Source: Cetobacterium sp. (lineage in GTDB: Bacteria; Fusobacteriota; Fusobacteriia; Fusobacteriales; Fusobacteriaceae). Taken from it: a DNA stretch of 64,000 bases. The notes below the pieces were generated by a model that worked only from the letters and a program-made list of their open reading frames with translations, did not search any database and was not told the DNA's origin. The stretch spans positions 4,475-68,474 of the forward strand of contig NZ_JBOFXD010000050.1 in assembly GCF_051653945.1 (NCBI RefSeq), written 5' to 3'. Positions 20,753 through 30,656 of this stretch are shown one piece after another. The translations under genes and the position numbers were made by a program. Each line of letters starts with the position of its first letter. Position 1 is the stretch's first letter.

Positions 20753-22240
20753 TTAATTTTCTTTTGGAGGTTCTGTTTCATCTTTTTCTTCATTTTTTTT
20801 ACAGCAATTTAACTTCTGAAGTTTCTCTTTTGCTAAATCTTTTCCACCAATTCCAAAAGCTATTGCAAAGGCCACTGCTAAAGCACCAACAGTAAATCCA
20901 AATGCTAAATTTATAATCTCATTAGCTATTCCCATCTGTCTTAGTCCCATAGCTCCAACAAAAACTATTATAGCTACTTTTGCTATATTTGATATCTGAT
21001 TTTTATTTACTAAAGATGTATTTTTTATTATTTTAGCAACATAGTTTGCTATAACAATTCCAATTGCTATAACTATAACACCTAATAAAATATCTCCCAA
21101 TAAGATTGTTAATTTTAAACTCAAATCTTGTAGTGATCCAAAATTTAAAATCTCTATTGATTGAATTATTGCAAAGTAAATTATTAAAATTTTTGAAAAC
21201 TTACCAATTAATTTAGAGTAATTATTTTCAATAGTTTTTAATCCTGCTTTTTCAAGATGTGAATCAAATTTTAAACCTATTAATAAATTTGTTATTATAC
21301 TTTCTATGATTCTACCAAAGTATAGTGCAACAACTAAAACTAATGCTACGCCTACTAAATTTGGAACATAGTTAAATAAGATATTTAGCATACTTATTAC
21401 AGGGGATATAATTATATCTAATCCTAAATAGTTTAAAGATGCTGAAAATACTGGTATTAATACTAATACATAAACTATATTGGCTACTACACTTGAAAGT
21501 TTCCCCTCAAATAATACTTTACCATCTACGCTTAGTTTCTCATCAAGTTTAAAAGAATCTAAAACACCTTTTAAAATATCTCTTAATTTCGAAGCGATAA
21601 ACCAACCTACAACTAAAACTAATGTAGCAGCAACCAAACTTGGAATATAATTTAAGAATTTAGTCAACATATCAGTAATTGGAATTAATATTTTGTCTAA
21701 TTTTAACGCTGCTAAAACTCCTGGTAAAATAAGTATAAATATTACTAATGAAATAATTTCACTAAATATTTTAGATAAAGATATTCCATTCTCGTTTGAA
21801 TGTATCTTTTCATCAACTTTCATTTTTTTAAAGAATAGCTCAGAAAACTTTTGAGAAAGTTTTGCTAAAATAATTGCAACTATTAAAAGTACTATTCCTC
21901 CTAATACATTAGGAATATATGAAAAGATTGGATCTAAAAGATTTAAAATAGGATTTACCAATCTACTAAATCCTAGTTTTTCCATAATTATACCTATTAT
22001 AAAGATTACAAAGATATAGTAGATAAACTTAAGAAGTATTTTTATTGCTGATGTACTTGTTCCACCCTCTTTTCCAGTGATCTCATGTTCTAAGTTAGAA
22101 AATAGTTTTGTTTTAGTTAGGATATGCTCTAACTTACTAACTACAATTGATGCTAAAGCCAATCCCACCAATAGTATAATAACCGATGCAATGATATTAA
22201 GTGTTACATTGTTGAGAATTAAAAGTTTAATCTCTTCCAT
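20753..22240 (-). CDS. Mechanosensitive channel / TM-helix-repeat (CmpX-like) membrane protein
   Basis: Repeated YIPN(L/V)xxxxxxLxxxxxxA units; C-terminal AFAIAFGIGGK. Confidence 0.8.
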   Translation of the reverse strand: MEEIKLLILNNVTLNIIASVIILLVGLALASIVVSKLEHILTKTKLFSNLEHEITGKEGGTSTSAIKILLKFIYYIFVIFIIGIIMEKLGFSRLVNPILNLLDPIFSYIPNVLGGIVLLIVAIILAKLSQKFSELFFKKMKVDEKIHSNENGISLSKIFSEIISLVIFILILPGVLAALKLDKILIPITDMLTKFLNYIPSLVAATLVLVVGWFIASKLRDILKGVLDSFKLDEKLSVDGKVLFEGKLSSVVANIVYVLVLIPVFSASLNYLGLDIIISPVISMLNILFNYVPNLVGVALVLVVALYFGRIIESIITNLLIGLKFDSHLEKAGLKTIENNYSKLIGKFSKILIIYFAIIQSIEILNFGSLQDLSLKLTILLGDILLGVIVIAIGIVIANYVAKIIKNTSLVNKNQISNIAKVAIIVFVGAMGLRQMGIANEIINLAFGFTVGALAVAFAIAFGIGGKDLAKEKLQKLNCCKKNEEKDETEPPKEN

Positions 22241-22445
22241 TTTTTTACCACCCTCCTATTTCTTCTATTTTATTTATAATCAGGCAAATTATAAATATTG
22301 CTATAAAAATTGTTATTGATAAAACCATATTCATCACTTCCTAATTAATTTTATTTATAACTTTTTTTACTAATATTTTTAAACATTTCTTTTTTTAATA
22401 TTTACTTTTTTATGTTTTTTGTGGTATTACTAATAATATAAGGAG

Positions 22446-23015
22446 GTGGATAAATTGAATTTAAGATTTATTAAAAAGATATTTTCTTTTGTTTTTTTAT
22501 TATTAATGATTATCGGTTGTTCTAATAATCCTTATAAATGGGAATCAACTCAAGTTGCTATCAATAATTCATATAAACTGCAAACAGGAGATATTATTAT
22601 AAAAAATAAACTAGTTACTGACCCTATCTCTTGGTTGGGACATAGTTCTGTTATGATTAGTGATACTCATATTGGAGATTTTCCCATGCCAGGTAGTGAT
22701 TATTACACAATCAGTGTAAAAGCTTGGCTTAATGAATCTGACCGTAAAGTTATTGTCTTAAGATATTCAAAATTCAATCAACAATTTAAAGAGGCCTTTT
22801 TGAAAAATGTAGAAAAGTATGGTCATGGTAAATATAAACCATCTTTTTTTAAAAATAATGAAACAGATTTCTACTGCTCTAAGTTTGTTTGGTTTTTATT
22901 TTTTAAAACTTCTCAAGATTTAGGATATAATTTAGATTTAGATTCAAATAAAGGTCCTATTATTTTCCCGTATGATTTCTTAAACTCTGAAAATTTAGAA
23001 CAAGTTATTCTTTAA
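22446..23015 (+). CDS. Lipoprotein, YiiX/YebB-like permuted NlpC/P60 (papain-like) hydrolase
   Basis: Lipobox IIGC; GDIII, GHS (His) precedes FYCSKFV (Cys). Confidence 0.75.
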   Translation: MDKLNLRFIKKIFSFVFLLLMIIGCSNNPYKWESTQVAINNSYKLQTGDIIIKNKLVTDPISWLGHSSVMISDTHIGDFPMPGSDYYTISVKAWLNESDRKVIVLRYSKFNQQFKEAFLKNVEKYGHGKYKPSFFKNNETDFYCSKFVWFLFFKTSQDLGYNLDLDSNKGPIIFPYDFLNSENLEQVIL

Positions 23016-23093
23016 CTCATTTTAATTTGTTGACCTCCTATTTTAAAAGTTGTATAATTTATAAGAAGTTTTAATTACTAAAAGGAGAAATTA

Positions 23094-23666
23094 ATGGATA
23101 GGCAAGTTACAATTGAATCAGTTAAATTAGTTGAACAACTGAAAAAAATATTTCCTAAAGATGGTTATCATCTTATCAGTTTACAGGAAAAGTTTTACAT
23201 TTGGGAGAAATATATGGATATTTCAAAAGATAAACCTATTGAGGAATATGATACTGGAATAAAAACAAAAGATTTATTAAGTCCAAATGAAAAAAAGTTC
23301 TATGAAAATCTACATGGGAATATAAAGCCTGAAAACCTTATAAATTTTAATCTAAAACCAAAATTAATTGAAAATAGTGATGATACTCTTAGTAAAACTT
23401 TAATTCTAGGAGAGGATTTTATAAATACTAAAAATCAGAGAGTTTTAAAATTTACTTTTTTAAATTTTAGAGGTTATGATATTGAAGAGTTGAAGCAGAA
23501 AAAGTTTTCTGAGAAAGACTTTATCGATTCTTTAGTAAATAGTTTTCATCCAAATAGCGTTGATAAAATAGAAGTAGACGAATCAGAGTATTATTTTTTT
23601 GAAACTGAAAAAATCGTTATTCCAGGTATTATTATCTTAGCTGTTTCTATACTTTTTATGATTTAA
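23094..23666 (+). CDS. Hypothetical protein with C-terminal TM anchor
   Basis: RBS AAGGAG; hydrophobic C-terminus. Confidence 0.75.
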   Translation: MDRQVTIESVKLVEQLKKIFPKDGYHLISLQEKFYIWEKYMDISKDKPIEEYDTGIKTKDLLSPNEKKFYENLHGNIKPENLINFNLKPKLIENSDDTLSKTLILGEDFINTKNQRVLKFTFLNFRGYDIEELKQKKFSEKDFIDSLVNSFHPNSVDKIEVDESEYYFFETEKIVIPGIIILAVSILFMI

Positions 23667-23734
23667 AGATATTTAAAGGATTTAAAAGATATTTTATGTA
23701 TATATTTGTATAAATATATTACGGAGGTCTTATT

Positions 23735-24034
23735 ATGTATTATAGAGAATATTTTTTCTATCTAAAAGAAAGATTACCAGAGAAATGCTATGAAGTGCTT
23801 AAAGAGTGTTATAAAACACAAAAAAATGATATAGAAAGTAATTTTAAATTATTGCACAACTCTGTAGTAAAAGTTGAAACTGTTGATATTTTATTACCTA
23901 TTAAAGAAACTTACTACCATATGGATTATGAAATTCTATTGAGAGAAGAACTTATAATGAAAGATCACTCAAGAGAGAATCGTTATAAACTTGATCGTTT
24001 TGGTATATATCTTTTACACTATTTAAATGATTAA
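23735..24034 (+). CDS. Hypothetical protein
   Basis: RBS GGAGG; 99 aa. Confidence 0.7.
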   Translation: MYYREYFFYLKERLPEKCYEVLKECYKTQKNDIESNFKLLHNSVVKVETVDILLPIKETYYHMDYEILLREELIMKDHSRENRYKLDRFGIYLLHYLND

Positions 24035-24057
24035 ACTTAAAAATAAACGGAGGCACT

Positions 24058-24312
24058 ATGAAAGAAGCAAAGAGCTTTGCTGATACCTTATATCTTTTAA
24101 TGGAGGATTTTGAATACACTATTCCAGAACTGGAAGATGATATTTTTTCACTTTTATGTGATGAGTTTCAACTTACACTAACAGAGGAAAATAAGCATCT
24201 TTATTTTCTTTTGGAGAGTTCTAATTTAGATCAAAATATTAAGCTAAATACTGAAAGAGTTGAATATGATGGAGAGGAGTTCTTTATTATAACATCTGTA
24301 AAAGTAGCTTAG
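24058..24312 (+). CDS. Small acidic hypothetical protein
   Basis: RBS GGAGG; followed by a terminator. Confidence 0.7.
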   Translation: MKEAKSFADTLYLLMEDFEYTIPELEDDIFSLLCDEFQLTLTEENKHLYFLLESSNLDQNIKLNTERVEYDGEEFFIITSVKVA

Positions 24313-24338
24313 GGAATAGTTTAACTATTCCCTTTTTT
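24311..24338. terminator. Bidirectional terminator
   Basis: AGGGAATAGTT/AACTATTCCCT hairpin with T-run. Confidence 0.7.
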
Positions 24339-24909
24339 CATACCCTATTTCTTTTAATTTATCCACTATCTCTTTATCACTTAAAATTTCTAAATTCAAA
24401 AGTTCTTCATAAGGATTGCCAGTCAATTTTAAAAGTTTAGCAAAAGCAGGTTCTGTTTTTACACCCTCTCTTTTTAAGATGATTATCATCTCCTTAAATT
24501 TTGAATTAGCACAATTTAATAATCTACTTTCAATAATCATATGCCTATATCCGTTTGTTTGAGCAGGTATAAGCTTTGAAGCATATATTTCTATCTCTAT
24601 ATTATCTACAAAAAAGTTAGTTATAACTACTTCATCACTTAAAAATTTATCTGAAATTTTAAAGTCTTTTAATTGGGAGAAGTTTTTAATAATAATGTTT
24701 TTTAAACTCTCTTTATTTTCCAGATTAATTTGACACACTATATCTAAATCACTTTTTTCTATATCAATTTCAATTGGTATAGTTCCAACTAAAATTGGTT
24801 TAAATTCTTTTAAAATATTAAAAATATCTATTTTTTTTAATATTTTGTAACTTTGCATCTGCTTTAAATTTCCATTTTTTAAATACTCTATATTTTTAAA
24901 TTTCTCCAT
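24325..24909 (-). CDS. DUF4269-like (nucleotidyltransferase-fold) protein
   Basis: LVGTIPIEIDIEKSDLDIVC, NGYRHM and KTEPAFAKLL pattern; start at ATG 24909. Confidence 0.8.
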   Translation of the reverse strand: MEKFKNIEYLKNGNLKQMQSYKILKKIDIFNILKEFKPILVGTIPIEIDIEKSDLDIVCQINLENKESLKNIIIKNFSQLKDFKISDKFLSDEVVITNFFVDNIEIEIYASKLIPAQTNGYRHMIIESRLLNCANSKFKEMIIILKREGVKTEPAFAKLLKLTGNPYEELLNLEILSDKEIVDKLKEIGYEKRE

Positions 24910-24996
24910 ATACAACTCCATTTTCGTTTGTTTTATAATTATTAAGTACTTTTTTAAAACGTCATTTCTTTTTTGTTTTACTATTTAAAAACATAT

Positions 24997-25025
24997 TTGA
25001 CATTTATATACATTTATAGTACTAT
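24997..25025 (+). promoter_or_regulatory. Consensus sigma70 promoter
   Basis: TTGACA (24997-25002), 17 bp, TACTAT (25020-25025). Confidence 0.75.
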
Positions 25026-25031
25026 ATCTAT

Positions 25032-25148
25032 GAAACCGAATTTGATTGAATAGATCTATATACCCCCCAAAAATCTATTTTAATCTTTTTTATTTTTTAA
25101 CACTCCCCCGTGTTAATAAAAACTCCTTTTCCCCAAAAGGAGTTTTTT
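25032..25148 (+). ncRNA. Candidate small RNA with three C-rich-loop hairpins
   Basis: Lies between a consensus promoter and an intrinsic terminator (AAAACTCCTTTT-CCCC-AAAAGGAGTTTT); no ORF with an RBS. Confidence 0.6.
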
Positions 25149-25236
25149 TATTCTCCAATAATTTTAAAATAAAAAAGGAAATAAAAATTTTATAAGAATA
25201 ATATTTCAGAAGTTTAGAACTATAGGAGGTTTATAT

Positions 25237-25605
25237 ATGAAAAAATTACTTTTAAGTTTAACTATTTTATTGTCACTTACAACTTTTGCCAACTCTAAAG
25301 AGGATATGATCGAAATGGGATTGATGAATAAGTTTCCTACTTTAACAGATGGTAAAACAGCTATCAATGTTTATGAATATGATGTTGATTTAGACCACCA
25401 CAAAATAGAGCTAAAAGTAGAACTAAAAGGCGATGCTTCAAAAGAGGAATATAATAAATTAGACAAAGCAAAACTAGAAACACTTGCTTCTGAAATGGCA
25501 AAATATACTCAAACTGAATCAGGAAAAACTCTTCCAGTTTATGTTGAGATTGAACTAGATAGAGATATGCTTCCAGATGAAATTTTATATAAAAATACTT
25601 TTTAA
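25237..25605 (+). CDS. Secreted/periplasmic hypothetical protein
   Basis: Signal peptide MKKLLLSLTILLSLTTFA; RBS GGAGG. Confidence 0.82.
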   Translation: MKKLLLSLTILLSLTTFANSKEDMIEMGLMNKFPTLTDGKTAINVYEYDVDLDHHKIELKVELKGDASKEEYNKLDKAKLETLASEMAKYTQTESGKTLPVYVEIELDRDMLPDEILYKNTF

Positions 25606-25619
25606 ATAAAAATTAAACT

Positions 25620-25664
25620 AAAAAGGCAACTTTCAATTTTTAATCATTGAAGTTGCCTTTTTTT
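25620..25664. terminator. Bidirectional terminator
   Basis: AAAAAGGCAACTTTCAAT...ATTGAAGTTGCCTTTTTTT. Confidence 0.75.
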
Positions 25665-25747
25665 AAAATCTAATACCCCCGTATTTATTCATATAATATC
25701 ATATTCTCAAACTAATTTCAAGTTGTTTGTTCATTTTTTGTAGTTTT

Positions 25748-26179
25748 TTACTCAAAATCATCTATTAAAAAAATTTTTTTAATCCTATCTGAGATTTGCT
25801 CAAAATAAATTGACTTATCTATATAATAATCTATAAAAGTTTCATCTAAAATATTATAATTTTCTAATCCCTCTAATAAATCTGAGCGATTAATAATCAG
25901 TCTATCTTTAAAAATTTCATTGATATATTTTTTTATATCTTTAGCTGAAAAAATAGATATATATTTATCAAAAAATAGATGCAAACTATTCTTTGTATAA
26001 TTTTCATAAAGCTCCACTGCATCAAAGTGATTTTTTATATAGTTTATATTATTCACGTACTTTTTAAACTCATCAATAGGAATTACAGATCCTGAGATAT
26101 AAAATATACTGTCTATATAAACTAGATAGGGTTGTATCTTGTAGATTGTTTCTAATTTCTTATCTATTAAACTATTCAT
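25748..26179 (-). CDS. Hypothetical protein
   Basis: RBS AGGAGGAGAGG; 143 aa; no motif recognised. Confidence 0.72.
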   Translation of the reverse strand: MNSLIDKKLETIYKIQPYLVYIDSIFYISGSVIPIDEFKKYVNNINYIKNHFDAVELYENYTKNSLHLFFDKYISIFSAKDIKKYINEIFKDRLIINRSDLLEGLENYNILDETFIDYYIDKSIYFEQISDRIKKIFLIDDFE

Positions 26180-26295
26180 GCCTCTCCTCCTTGTTTAATC
26201 CCATATCTGTTATTCTATTCTACGAAATAGTTTCTATATTTCTTTTTTTTGAATAAAAAAAGTAACAACATCACATTGTTACTTTTTCTAATTAA

Positions 26296-27093
26296 CTACC
26301 CCATCAAAGGTTGATAGATGTTTAAAAGTTCTTCACCCAAAAATCTTTCTCCTACTTTTTTAAATCTATCTATATCTCCTGTTACGAAATAGTCTATATT
26401 TATTTTTTCTTTTCTACTTTTTTTAAATCCATTTTTTAACGCCAACTTATTTAATTCAAACAGCACATGCATAGCAGTTTCTTCAGCTGGATCCACTATT
26501 TTTGTATCTATTAATTTTTCAATCTCACTTCTTATTAAAGGGTAGTGTGTACAACCTAAAATTAAAGTATCGATATCTTTTGGTAATAGATCCACATATG
26601 ATTTTAAAAGTTTTGTATTTCTGTCGTTATCCTCCCACCCTCTCTCTATCATAGGACAAAGAAGATCACAACCTCTTTGAAAAACTTCATATTTTGGATT
26701 TAAAGTTTTTATTACCTTTTCATAAATCCCACTTTTAGCAGTTAGTGGTGTTGATAAAACACCTATTTTTTTATTTTTACTTTGCTTTATAGCCATAGCT
26801 GCACCAGGTTGGATTACTCCTATTATTGGAACACTTGTAAACCTTTCTCTGAGAGTATCTAAAGCTGCTGCTGTTGCAGTATTACAAGCTATAACTATTA
26901 TATCCACTTGATTATCTATTAGAAACTCTCCTATGTTTAAACAAAGTTCTTGAATCTCTTTTACACTTTTACTTCCATAAGGGGAGTTCATACTATCTCC
27001 ATAATATATTACATCTGCAAAGTCTATTTTTTCTTTTATTTTTTTTAACACGCTTAATCCGCCAACTCCAGAATCAAAAACACCAATTTTCAC
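26296..27093 (-). CDS. murI: Glutamate racemase
   Basis: GVFDSGVGGLSV, IACNTAT and LGCTHYP motifs. Confidence 0.96.
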   Translation of the reverse strand: MKIGVFDSGVGGLSVLKKIKEKIDFADVIYYGDSMNSPYGSKSVKEIQELCLNIGEFLIDNQVDIIVIACNTATAAALDTLRERFTSVPIIGVIQPGAAMAIKQSKNKKIGVLSTPLTAKSGIYEKVIKTLNPKYEVFQRGCDLLCPMIERGWEDNDRNTKLLKSYVDLLPKDIDTLILGCTHYPLIRSEIEKLIDTKIVDPAEETAMHVLFELNKLALKNGFKKSRKEKINIDYFVTGDIDRFKKVGERFLGEELLNIYQPLMG

Positions 27094-27119
27094 TTTGCCC
27101 CTCCCTTTTTAATTATATT

Positions 27120-28319
27120 TTATTTTCCAAAAATATTTATAAATACTGTAATTAAAGAAGCATTAGTGAAGTCAATAAATAAAGCTCCTACTAAAGGTAG
27201 CACGAAAAATGCTGTTGGTGATGGTCCATTTGCTGCTGTAAACGATTCCATGTTTGCCATTGCATTTGGTGTTGCTCCCATTCCAAATCCACAGTGCCCT
27301 GATGCCATTACAGCTGCATCATAATCTTTTCCCATAATTCTAAATGTTATGAAGTATGCATATAACGCCATTATTGTTGTTTGAACTAAAAGAATAACTA
27401 CCAGTGGAATTGCTAATGCTGCTAACTCCCATAACTTCATAGACATTAAAGCCATTGCTAAGAATAGTTGTAAAGATATATTTCCAACTACATTTATTGT
27501 ATGTAGTGGTAACTCTGTATCTTTGTTATCTATAACATTTCTTATAATAGCAGCTACTAACATTGGCCCTATATATGCAGGTAAAACTATTCCCACTTTT
27601 TTAGATAGAGGTATTAATAATCCTCCAATTCCCATTGATATAACAATGTAAACAATTGCATGAAAAAGATTTTCTTCTGTAATTTGCTCTTTTACAACAT
27701 TTTTTGAATCTTCTTCTGGGATTAAAAACTCCTCCTCTTTATGCCCAACCAATCCATAACGTTGCATCACTCTTTTTGCAACTGGTCCACCAATCATACA
27801 TCCAGCAACTAATCCAAATGTTGCTGAAGCTATTGCAACTGACATAGCTCCTGTTGCTCCTGCTGCTTCAAGAACTGGTCCAAATGCTCCAGATGTTCCA
27901 TGCCCTCCAGTTAATGGTACTGATCCTGCTGCTATTCCTAACAGTGGATTTAAACCAAAAAACTTAGCTAATGTAACTCCTACAAGGTTTTGAATTATTA
28001 CTAACAAACTTGCTACACACAAAAATATAAATACCTGAATACCACCTTTTTTTAACAGTTTTAAACTTGCTAAGAAACCTATTGTTGTAAAGAATGCTAT
28101 CATTAAAAGATCTTTTAATGCTCCATCAAATGAGAACGTAAATGTTTGTGAAAGTCTACCAATCAATGTAAATACTGAAAATATTACTCCACCAATTACT
28201 GGAGCTGGTATAAAGAACTTTTCAAAAAAATTAACTTTTTTCTTAACCCATCTTCCAAGCAATAATAAAACAACTGCTACTGCTAAAGTTTCTGCCATGT
28301 TAAATTGATATTCAAACAT
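27120..28319 (-). CDS. gltS: Sodium/glutamate symporter
   Basis: FIPAPVIGG, GGHGTSGAF and GFGMGATPNAMANM motifs; start at ATG 28319 (SD GGAGGG). Confidence 0.93.
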   Translation of the reverse strand: MFEYQFNMAETLAVAVVLLLLGRWVKKKVNFFEKFFIPAPVIGGVIFSVFTLIGRLSQTFTFSFDGALKDLLMIAFFTTIGFLASLKLLKKGGIQVFIFLCVASLLVIIQNLVGVTLAKFFGLNPLLGIAAGSVPLTGGHGTSGAFGPVLEAAGATGAMSVAIASATFGLVAGCMIGGPVAKRVMQRYGLVGHKEEEFLIPEEDSKNVVKEQITEENLFHAIVYIVISMGIGGLLIPLSKKVGIVLPAYIGPMLVAAIIRNVIDNKDTELPLHTINVVGNISLQLFLAMALMSMKLWELAALAIPLVVILLVQTTIMALYAYFITFRIMGKDYDAAVMASGHCGFGMGATPNAMANMESFTAANGPSPTAFFVLPLVGALFIDFTNASLITVFINIFGK

Positions 28320-28608
28320 AAAATCCCTCCTACTATATTTTTGTATTTCATCTTGGCACAAGTATACTTCTTAAAAAGTACAATTTCAAATATATAAATA
28401 ATATATAATCTATTTCTTAAATATATACATATTTTATATTTAATCTCTATTTGAGCGTTTTAGTCATTTTTTATCAATTTTTGAAAAATATTTTTTCTAA
28501 ATAAATACAAATTGAAATTAACTTTTACATAATTTTTTTTAAAGGAGATTTACCATTTTAACAGAATAATAAAATATAAGATAATTTTATTTTTAAGGAG
28601 GGATTTCA

Positions 28609-29148
28609 ATGCAAGAGTTTAACAAAAAAGTTTTTACCTATCTTTTAGTAACAGGAATTCTATTTAGTTTAGTTGGAATTTTTGGAATTTTTAGCCCCAC
28701 TATATTCTCCATATATTTAGTTGATATACTTGCAGCATTTTTCTTAGTTAGCGGTGTTAAAAACTTTACTAAAGGATTCCAATTTAGAAAGGTACCTAAC
28801 TTCCATTGGGGACTTTATATCTTTATAGGTGTTTTAGAGGTAGTAATCTCTTTATCTCTATTTAGCACTCCATTTGCTAGTCAAATATATATGATTATAT
28901 ATGCTGGAATTTTCATGATTTTCAAAGGAATATTCATTGTTTTAAACATTTTATTCAACAGAAAAATATTCCCAAGTTTAGTTGATTTTAGTTTAGGTTC
29001 TGGTGTTATAGATCTACTATTTGGTGTGCTTTTAGTTGCACTACCATTTTTCTCTCAACAGTTTATATTCTTATGTATTGCTTGGTATATACTCTTTAGT
29101 GGAGCAAACTTAATCTTATCAGCATTTTACTTTAAAAGATCACAATAA
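28609..29148 (+). CDS. HdeD/DUF308 family membrane protein
   Basis: Six hydrophobic helices in two internal repeats. Confidence 0.75.
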   Translation: MQEFNKKVFTYLLVTGILFSLVGIFGIFSPTIFSIYLVDILAAFFLVSGVKNFTKGFQFRKVPNFHWGLYIFIGVLEVVISLSLFSTPFASQIYMIIYAGIFMIFKGIFIVLNILFNRKIFPSLVDFSLGSGVIDLLFGVLLVALPFFSQQFIFLCIAWYILFSGANLILSAFYFKRSQ

Positions 29149-29169
29149 AATTTATTGACCAAATATAGT

Positions 29170-29201
29170 AAAGAGGGTAGAACTCAGTTCTACCCTCTTT
29201 T
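29170..29201. terminator. Bidirectional terminator
   Basis: AAAGAGGGTAGAAC-tca-GTTCTACCCTCTTT. Confidence 0.78.
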
Positions 29202-29203
29202 GC

Positions 29204-30103
29204 TTATTTTTTAACTATTAGTTGCTCTTTTTCTCCATCTATCTCTAAAACTTCTCCAAACTCTAGTGTCAACATTGGAGTACAGTGTCCAGATCTTAAA
29301 TTATAACAAACTGGTTTTTTTAAATCTTTAAAATGACTATCAAAAACATCCTGTAAAGACATATCATCCTCACTTGATTTGTCACAACTCTTAAAATCTC
29401 CCAGCACTACCCCAGAAACTTTATCAAAAATTCCTCGGTTTTTTAACTGCCACAACATTCTATCCACCTTATATGTTGTTTCTCCAATATCCTCTAAAAA
29501 TAGAATTTTATTGTCATACTCTAAATCAAACTCTGTTCCTAAATTTGATACTAAAACTGCTAAGTTTCCTCCAATTAGTTGTCCACTTCCTTTTAAACTG
29601 TTATAAAAGTATATTTTTTCATTAAAGTTTTTCATTATATAACTTTCATTACTACTCATAACTTTTATAAAATCATTTAAAGTATCTAAACTATAGTCTT
29701 CTGAAAAATTACTTACAGCCATAGGTCCATGAAAAGTTTTCAGATGGCATTTTTTAAAAAATGCCATATGTAAAGAGGTCACATCACTATATCCTATAAA
29801 AGGTTTTGGATTATTTTTTATAACTTCATAATCTAAAAGTGAAAGCATTCTAATGCCTCCATATCCACCTCTTACACACATAATTGCATCTACATCTCTA
29901 TCTTGAAAAAAACTGTTAATATCTATAGCTCTATCCTCATCTGTTCCAGCAAAAGAGTACCATACATTTTTTACACTTTTTCCAATTTTAATTTTAAAAC
30001 CTAATTTTTCTAAGTTTTCAATGGCACTTTTCAATTTATCTTTATTAGCACTACTTGCTGGTGCAACCAGTCCAAGAGTATCTCCTATTTTTAATCTTTT
30101 CAT
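29204..30103 (-). CDS. LD-carboxypeptidase (peptidase S66)
   Basis: RGGYG, GYSDVT (catalytic Ser), GGNL, LEDIGE and GHC motifs. Confidence 0.93.
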   Translation of the reverse strand: MKRLKIGDTLGLVAPASSANKDKLKSAIENLEKLGFKIKIGKSVKNVWYSFAGTDEDRAIDINSFFQDRDVDAIMCVRGGYGGIRMLSLLDYEVIKNNPKPFIGYSDVTSLHMAFFKKCHLKTFHGPMAVSNFSEDYSLDTLNDFIKVMSSNESYIMKNFNEKIYFYNSLKGSGQLIGGNLAVLVSNLGTEFDLEYDNKILFLEDIGETTYKVDRMLWQLKNRGIFDKVSGVVLGDFKSCDKSSEDDMSLQDVFDSHFKDLKKPVCYNLRSGHCTPMLTLEFGEVLEIDGEKEQLIVKK

Positions 30104-30116
30104 ATATTACCACAAC

Positions 30117-30656
30117 CTAACTAAACATTAGATTACAAATCCACACTGCTGCTAAAATTCCAGCTATATCAGCTAATAGTCCTGCTGCAACTGCATGTCT
30201 TGTTTTTCTAATACTAACAGCTCCAAAGTAAACTGCTAAAACATAGAAAGTTGTTTCTGTTGATCCCATCATAACTGAAGCCATTCTTCCAATCATAGAG
30301 TCTGGTCCGTAAGTTAAAAAGATATCATTTAAAATCCCTGTTGACCCTCCTCCTGAAAGAGGTCTCATAATAGCCATTGGTAAAACCTCTCCAGGCATTC
30401 CTATAAACTCTAAAATTGGGTTTAAGTATCTTATTATTACATCAATAGCTCCTGAGCTTCTAAAAACTCCAATTGCTACTAGCATAGCAACTAAAAATGG
30501 AATGATTCTAATAGCTGTAGAGAATCCCTCTTTTGCTCCTTCACAAAACACCTCATATACTTTTACTTTTTTTACAAAGTACGCATATGAAACTATAAAT
30601 AGTATAATTAAAGGAATTGCATATAGAGATATTCTTTCCATTATAAGTGTAAACAT
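30117..30656 (-). CDS. spmB: SpmB/YjiG family nucleoside-recognition (Gate) membrane protein
   Basis: RPLSGGG and GSTETTFYVLAVYFG motifs. Confidence 0.88.
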   Translation of the reverse strand: MFTLIMERISLYAIPLIILFIVSYAYFVKKVKVYEVFCEGAKEGFSTAIRIIPFLVAMLVAIGVFRSSGAIDVIIRYLNPILEFIGMPGEVLPMAIMRPLSGGGSTGILNDIFLTYGPDSMIGRMASVMMGSTETTFYVLAVYFGAVSIRKTRHAVAAGLLADIAGILAAVWICNLMFS

